A stretch of 21,514 nt of DNA. Source: Salpingoeca rosetta. Lineage: Eukaryota > Protista > Choanoflagellata. The position numbers and the translations under genes are program-made. Shown here piece after piece: positions 15,882-21,514 of this stretch (positions are counted from its first letter, which is position 1; each line of letters starts with the position of its first letter). The notes below the pieces were generated by a model. It had not been told where the DNA came from. It did not search any database and saw only the letters and a program-made list of their open reading frames with translations. The stretch spans positions 312,334-333,847 of the forward strand of contig JAWQFM010000030.1 in assembly GCA_033442325.1 (NCBI GenBank), read 5' to 3'.

Positions 15882-16674
15882 GCACCAGCACCAGCACCAG
15901 CACCAGCACCAGCACCAGCACAAGGAAGTTGACGGGGATGGTACAGCCAACAGAGAAGAAGCAGGTGTGGATGCACAGCAACATCAGCCACGGCAGAAAC
16001 AGCAAGAACAGCAGCAGCAGCGACGGCAACGACAGCCCGTCAAGTGCTCTGTATGCAATGGTGTGGGCCACAACCGTCGAAGTTGCCCGAAGGCAGACCA
16101 GCAACCGAGCGAGCAGCCTCAGCAAAGCAAAAAGTGCACGCTGTGTCAGCGGCCTGGCCACAATCGTCGCACGTGCCCACAGGCGGCGCGCCAGCCACAA
16201 GCAAACCAACACGACGGCCAGAAGACATCGCACGTGGCCCCGCAACAGCAGTCCAGCGACGCGACCTCAGCACCTGCTGCGTCCGAAACAGCCCAGCCAG
16301 ACCACGCAACGACGAACAAGCGCACGAAGAAGGTGTACGAGTGCGACAAATGCAGCTACACCACAACGCGGTCGTACAATTTCAAGGGACACTTGCGCAC
16401 GCACGCTGGTGAGAAGCCATTCAAATGTGAGCTGTGCAACTATTCAGCAGCCTCGCACAGCAACTTGATCAGGCACGTGAAGCTGCACACCAAGGGGCGG
16501 CAGTACAAGTGTGATGTGTGTGATTTCAAAACAGCCTGGCAGCAGAGTTTGGTGGCACACAGGAGGAAGATACATGGCCTTGGCAGCCACGACAACACGA
16601 CTGCTGCACGTGATGACGATGGTGATGGTGTTGATGATGATGACGATGATGACGATGGTGGTGACATGATGTGA
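13000..16674 (+). CDS. Gene D: Gln-rich, low-complexity nucleic-acid-binding protein with 4 C2H2 zinc fingers and 3 CCHC zinc knuckles (putative transcriptional regulator)
   Basis: Uninterrupted ORF from ATG 13000 to TGA 16674. An isolated C2H2 lies at 13993-14058 (CKLCGFEAISRAEMAAHHRALH). Knuckles C-x2-C-x3-GHNRR(T/S)C lie at 15505-15546, 16045-16086 and 16135-16176. Three tandem C2H2 fingers lie at 16336-16575 with a HAGEKPF linker. Basic NLS-like stretch RRKRRRKRKRRRRH. The start is uncertain because (CA)n..ATGCAG at 12997 could be a splice acceptor. Confidence 0.88.
15775..15920 (+). repeat. Coding (CAA/CAG)n poly-Gln followed by (CACCAG)n HQ repeat in gene D
   Basis: Direct reading in the gene D frame. 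Confidence 0.95.
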
Positions 16675-16901
16675 GACGACGTCAGGTGTTGCATGCAAGC
16701 GCGTGTTCGTTGTGGCGTGTTACTGAACGTATACTATTGACATTTCAGCTTGGTTTATGGTCATTTCGCTGGGACAACGTGGGTGAGTGCTGCATGTAGT
16801 TGTGAGGGTGAGTGACTGTCGCGCGTGTTTTGTGATGGCAAGTTCCTGTGAAAGAATATCACACACGGTACGACTGTTGCACAAGAGGGAAGGTGACCAC
16901 A

Positions 16902-16945
<44 letters not shown>

Positions 16946-16994
16946 ACATACACACAAAGTAAGCAATTGAGCAAACGAACACATGCGTACACCC

Positions 16995-18134
16995 TCAGCT
17001 GATGTAGTTTGGCACGAGCTGGAGCATCTCCTCCTGGGTGAAGACGTGGCCGACGGCGAGCTGCTGGGCGATGGCGGTGGCCATCCCCTCAACATCAATC
17101 GTCTGGCCGTTCATCTCTGCCGCGAGGAAGATGGAGTACAGCTGCGTCGTGAACGGGTGCAGGCCCTCGGGGAAGTCCTTGCCTGCCGTCGGCTCTGTGA
17201 AGCGTGCGTCGTCGTTCTGCCAGATGGGCGCCAGGACCAGGCGGATGACATCGGGGCTCTCCAGAAGTGCAAAAGAGGACGCAAACACGTCCTCAACAAA
17301 GAGTGTGGAGCCATCGTCCGTCAGCGGCGTGTAGTAGTCTGGCTCGATGGTGGAGGTGATGCTGGTGATGGTGACTGTGTACACGACACCGAGGTCGGCA
17401 TCGTAGCGCAGCAGGCGGTCGCCAACAGCAAAGTCGCCAGTGAAGATGAACTCGCCTGCTGGCTGCACCGTCACGCCATCAGCAATGTGCACGTCCTCGT
17501 CTGCGCGGAACACAAAGTGGTCGGGTGTGGCCGACATCAGCGCAGGGTTGCCGTCATTGTCCGTGTAGTGCAGCTCGACAGATGTGGTGGTACCGTTCAG
17601 CTCCACGTGCTGGAAGGTCTTGAGCTCGCAGTAGCCAAGGGCGTTGCCGGCCGATGCCTGCAGGCACAGCACGCGGTCGCCAGTCTTCAAGTTCCGCAGC
17701 TGCACGCGCTCGCCGCTCTCCAGAATCACCTCGGCCCAACCAGGGAAGCACGTGGGGTTGGTAGACGTTGGATCAGACAGCACGACAGGGCAGTCTGCAC
17801 CAGAGTTCTTCAGTCGGGCACTGCAGCCGTGGGTAAATGTGCCGTTGATTCCAGCTTCTTGGAGAGTCTGCGTCGCGCCGGTCGCGTCTTGCAAGCGTAC
17901 AAAGTAGCGGTAGCGGTCGGTCCCCGTCGATAAGGACCAAAACGCCGTTGCATTGTCGAGGATGTTGTCGTATTGGTTGTCGGGTTCATCGGAATAACCG
18001 GCGCACTTGATCTCCGTACCAACAGGCGCGCCGCCGTCAATGGTAAATTGAAGGCCTTTACCATAGCTAGAATCATACAAGGACGCCACAGGTGTGCTGA
18101 TTGTTGGGCAGATGTTTTCGGGAAACCCTGAGTC

Positions 18135-18179
<45 letters not shown>

Positions 18180-18208
18180 CGTCGTCGTTGTCGTCGTCGT
18201 CGTCGTCG

Positions 18209-18246
<38 letters not shown>

Positions 18247-18308
18247 GATGATGTTGGTTCTAATAATGGAGATGATGCACGGCCAAAGAGTGTTAGGATA
18301 GTCGTCAT
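16995..18308 (-). CDS. Gene E terminal exon: poly-Thr stalk + unknown Cys-containing domain + Hedgehog-type Hog (Hint + SRR) autoprocessing domain
   Basis: Motifs T|CFPG, LRNLKTGDRVL, ATPDHFVF, VGDRLL, YYTPLTDDGSTLFVEDVFASSFA, VLAP and GLHPFTTQLY match the Hedgehog C-terminal pattern (CF; L..GD.VL; TxxH; YAPLT..GT..V..V.ASCYA; G.HWY...LY). Stop TGA at 16997-16995. The true 5' boundary is probably a splice acceptor near 18325-18330. Confidence 0.92.
17268..17750 (-). other. Hint domain (Hedgehog/intein-type) within gene E
   Basis: Cys1 codon at 17750-17748, block-B TPDH at 17528-17517, terminal ASSFA at 17282-17268. Confidence 0.92.
18135..18245 (-). repeat. (ACA/ACG)n coding repeat, about 37 consecutive Thr (mucin-like stalk)
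   Basis: In frame with the Hog domain. The mixed ACA/ACG synonymous codons support the Thr frame. Confidence 0.93.
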
Positions 18309-18431
18309 GAAGCATGACGGCGCGCTAGGCTAGATTTTTTGTTTTAGTTAGTGGGCAAGGATGATGGTAATCTAATACAGTGCATGTAAAGCGTGACGCT
18401 GCCCAACCACGACATGACAATCTAAGCATCA

Positions 18432-18857
18432 NNNNNNNNNNNNNNNNNNNNNNNNNNNNNNNNNNNNNNNNNNNNNNNNNNNNNNNNNNNNNNNNNNNNN
18501 NNNNNNNNNNNNNNNNNNNNNNNNNNNNNNNNNNNNNNNNNNNNNNNNNNNNNNNNNNNNNNNNNNNNNNNNNNNNNNNNNNNNNNNNNNNNNNNNNNNN
18601 NNNNNNNNNNNNNNNNNNNNNNNNNNNNNNNNNNNNNNNNNNNNNNNNNNNNNNNNNNNNNNNNNNNNNNNNNNNNNNNNNNNNNNNNNNNNNNNNNNNN
18701 NNNNNNNNNNNNNNNNNNNNNNNNNNNNNNNNNNNNNNNNNNNNNNNNNNNNNNNNNNNNNNNNNNNNNNNNNNNNNNNNNNNNNNNNNNNNNNNNNNNN
18801 NNNNNNNNNNNNNNNNNNNNNNNNNNNNNNNNNNNNNNNNNNNNNNNNNNNNNNNNN
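18432..18857. other. Assembly gap (N run) between the 5' exons and the Hog exon of gene E
   Basis: Run of N. Confidence 0.98.
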
Positions 18858-20170
18858 CAGTGACTGAGCAGAATGTTGAAACGGAACCCTGTCCACTGTC
18901 ATTGCCGCAGACCTGTAGCAGCTGTACGTGCTGCTGGGTGAGGTGGTGGTGCAGAAAATGTGGTCCGTTGATGACTTCAATCGTGGCTGCTGTGTCGCCG
19001 TTGTACCCGGCACACCTGCGTGCGTGTGCATTTGGGTCATGGGAAGAAACAGCAAAGGTGAAATGTGCGTGAGTGTTTGTGTGTGTTTGTGTGTGTAAGT
19101 GTGCGTGTGTGTGTGTGTGTATACATACGTGAGTGAAAGGGCGTGCCTACACGCACACAAACATCCGCATGCATAAACATAGAACACACGCTGACACAGA
19201 ACGCCAGCAACTCACGCGTCCAATGTTGCAGTCCTCAGCGAGGGCCTGCTTCCAGCGCATGCCAAAGAAGTCGATACCGTCCTCATCGCGCTCATCAAGT
19301 GGTTCGCGGCAGTCGACAGTCACCTGGGCATGTGTGCACGTGCGTGTATCACAGGGTGTGTGTGTGTGTGTGTGTTCGTGTGTTTGTGTGGGTTTCGGGG
19401 AGATGAAGTTGTGAGAGACGTCACACAGACTCATGGCTGCTGCAAAGCCTGGTGTCAGACAACAGAGAGACGACCGGCAACGAATGAACGCTCATGCACA
19501 CAGAAGCAGTACACATGCGCCACGTGGCTGACGTGCGCACCTCAAACGTCGTGTCGAATGTGGTTTGGACGCAACTGGACACGGCGACGCAGCCGTTGGA
19601 TTCCGTGTCGTTGCAGCGGTACACCTTGAGGCAATCTGGCATGAAGGGAGACGAAGAGAGAAAGAGTGATGAGAAGGGATGTGCGGCAAGGCAGATGACA
19701 ACAACTTTGAGGGATTCGTATCATTGGTATACAAACGTGTATTGTCCCATGCATACACGCAAGCACACAGGTTTGAACTCTGAACGACAACGACAGCAAT
19801 CATGACAGCCATTGATGCTCACGCACCTCCGGTGTCGCACGCCTCGAACTGGCGGCACTGACACGCGCCACCTGTAAGTAGTGAGTCGAGGCCCAATGAA
19901 GTGGCAGGGATGAGACCAAGACTCGACACGGACCGACAACGGCAGGATGTAACAAACTTGCAAGCGCACAGGCACGCGCAGGCACACTGACCAAGAGTGC
20001 ATCGGGAGCGTGAGAGGCCAGAAGCCTGGCCCCTTTCAAAATGATAGCCGGTGGACGATGGGGTCAGCATCACACAGCCATCAATGCCCTGAGAGCCAAT
20101 GTGTGATCCAGGATGGAGAAGTGTCGGGAGGGGTTAAAAACAGAAGTGCGTGAAACAGAGAGAGAGAGAG

Positions 20171-20249
<79 letters not shown>

Positions 20250-20556
20250 AGCATGCGCAGAAGAACTGGAGACAGGACAAGGTTGGTCGGTAAACCCACA
20301 ATCACATCACACACACACACACACACACACAATCACACGTGAACGCACACACACACACACATACATGCGCATGCGCACATGCACGCACACATGCACACGA
20401 TACCGCGTCTGCGAGAAAGTCTTCCAAGGTGAGCTCATCGCCCAGGTCGAGGATGGCATCAGAGACACCAAAGTTGGCCACAAGTAGAGCAGCAGCGACC
20501 ACAAAGGCAGCCATGCGAGCGCTCGCGCTCGAGAAAGCCATATCAGTGGCCGACAT
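18858..20556 (-). CDS. Signal-peptide-bearing Cys-rich exons, probably the 5' part of gene E (alternatively a separate ~178-aa secreted protein)
   Basis: Phase-consistent exons 20556-20404, 20088-19992, 19871-19827, 19635-19541 and 19323-19216, then an acceptor at 19015. Translation: MSATDMAFSSASARMAAFVVAAALLVANFGVSDA-ILDLGDELTLEDFLADAGIDGCVMLTPSSTGYHFERGQASGLSRSRCTLGGACQCRQFEACDTGDCLKVYRCNDTESNGCVAVSSCVQTTFDTTFEVTVDCREPLDERDEDGIDFFGMRWKQALAEDCNIGRVC. The sixth exon reaches TGA at 18979-18977 as assembled, close to the contig edge. Confidence 0.75.
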
Positions 20557-21514
20557 TGTCTCGTAACGATGAAACAGAGAGCAGAGACAAGGGAATGGCG
20601 ACAGAAGGCGTTTGATGTGCGAGCGCGAAGAATGAACGACGCAATGCATGCGCTTGTTCCCCTTGTTCGGTCGGTTGGCTGAGAGCAGACGACATCGCCG
20701 CGGTTGGCTGGCTGTGTCGCGCTCACTGATTGTCGGTTGCGGTTGGGTAGCTGTTGGGTGTCGGGTGTGACATAACGCACTGCGCAGGTGGGGCGGTTCA
20801 CAATTGTCGTTGCATCCCATGTGCACGTCTGTCTGCTCTTCCTCGTGGCGATTCGCAACTTCGTTGCTTCAAGGCTTGCTTGCATGCAAGCAAAATCAGT
20901 CCGTTGACGTTTACAATGGCAGGAATGCAGCGAGGCCGCCGATTCGCTCGCGGAGTGCAACAGCGGACGCGTTGTGCGCAGGACGGTGATGGTGACTGCA
21001 AGCAAGCATCTCTCTCTCTCTCTCACTCGCTTGCTTGCTGCGTAGCTGCGGGATTTGTACTGGACGTTGGACAGACAAACAATGAGTGCAGAGGAGATAC
21101 GAAACCAAGCGAACCGAAACGAAAAGAAGCACAAGCAAAGCATGCAAGGAGAACACTAACCACACACAAATATGTGCGCGCACGCTGGGCAAGCCAAGCA
21201 GTCAACGTGAGCTGAAAGCACAGCATGGCCAATGCGCAAAGAAGTAAAGAAATGAACACACACTCACGCACGCGCGCATACACACACACACAAGAAAGAC
21301 AGACAACCAAAGGACATGGGCACGGCATCGCAGCACAGTGAAAGGGTTAATTAAGGCTTGGAATGAGATGAAGGAAGCGGATGGGGTAGAGAGAGGAGGG
21401 CGAGGTGGAAGGCAATATGTGTGTGTGTGTGACAGGGAGGGAACAGTGCGGGGGAAGAGGCTGAGGGGGAGAGGGAGAGGAAGGGGCGGGAGAGCAAGAC
21501 GAATAAAGAAATGG

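Noticed and set aside
13000-16674. Gene D as a retrotransposon gag or an active transposase
   Set aside because: No protease, RT, integrase or DDE domain, and no LTRs or TIRs seen.
17268-17750. Intein (protein-splicing element)
   Set aside because: No terminal His-Asn followed by Cys/Ser/Thr and no homing endonuclease. It has the Hedgehog-type PLT..G...V..V.AS ending and an SRR-like tail.
14255-17933. Antisense ORFs 14255..15739 (-) and 16983..17933 (+)
   Set aside because: Shadow frames of GC-rich, repeat-rich coding sequence with no independent motifs.
16995-20556. True hedgehog ortholog
   Set aside because: No Hedge domain motifs (e.g. CGPGR N-terminus) are visible in the sequenced parts, and the segment adjoining the Hint domain is unrelated.

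Overview
Eukaryotic, intron-rich genomic DNA with CA/GT/GA microsatellite-filled GT-AG introns and two assembly gaps (N 9323-10047 and 18432-18857). The style and gene content suggest a choanoflagellate such as Salpingoeca rosetta, which is inference. Exon models were built by hand. (A, B) Two tandem minus-strand paralogs each encode an N-terminal hydrophobic anchor, a ricin-B beta-trefoil and a DxD-containing putative glycosyltransferase domain. Copy B has lost its ATG and carries an in-frame TAA-TAG. (C) A minus-strand gene with 21 visible exons encodes a galactose-3-O-sulfotransferase-family protein with two tandem sulfotransferase domains, the second lacking the PAPS-binding loop. (D) A divergent plus-strand Gln-rich protein has 4 C2H2 fingers and 3 CCHC knuckles. 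(E) A minus-strand secreted Hedgehog-related protein probably comprises a Cys-rich N-terminus, a poly-Thr stalk, an unknown ~125-aa domain and a C-terminal Hog (Hint+SRR) autoprocessing domain with non-canonical active-site residues; the join across the gap is unproven. Many introns show (GU)n on the 5' side and (CA)n on the 3' side, and several acceptors lack a polypyrimidine tract.
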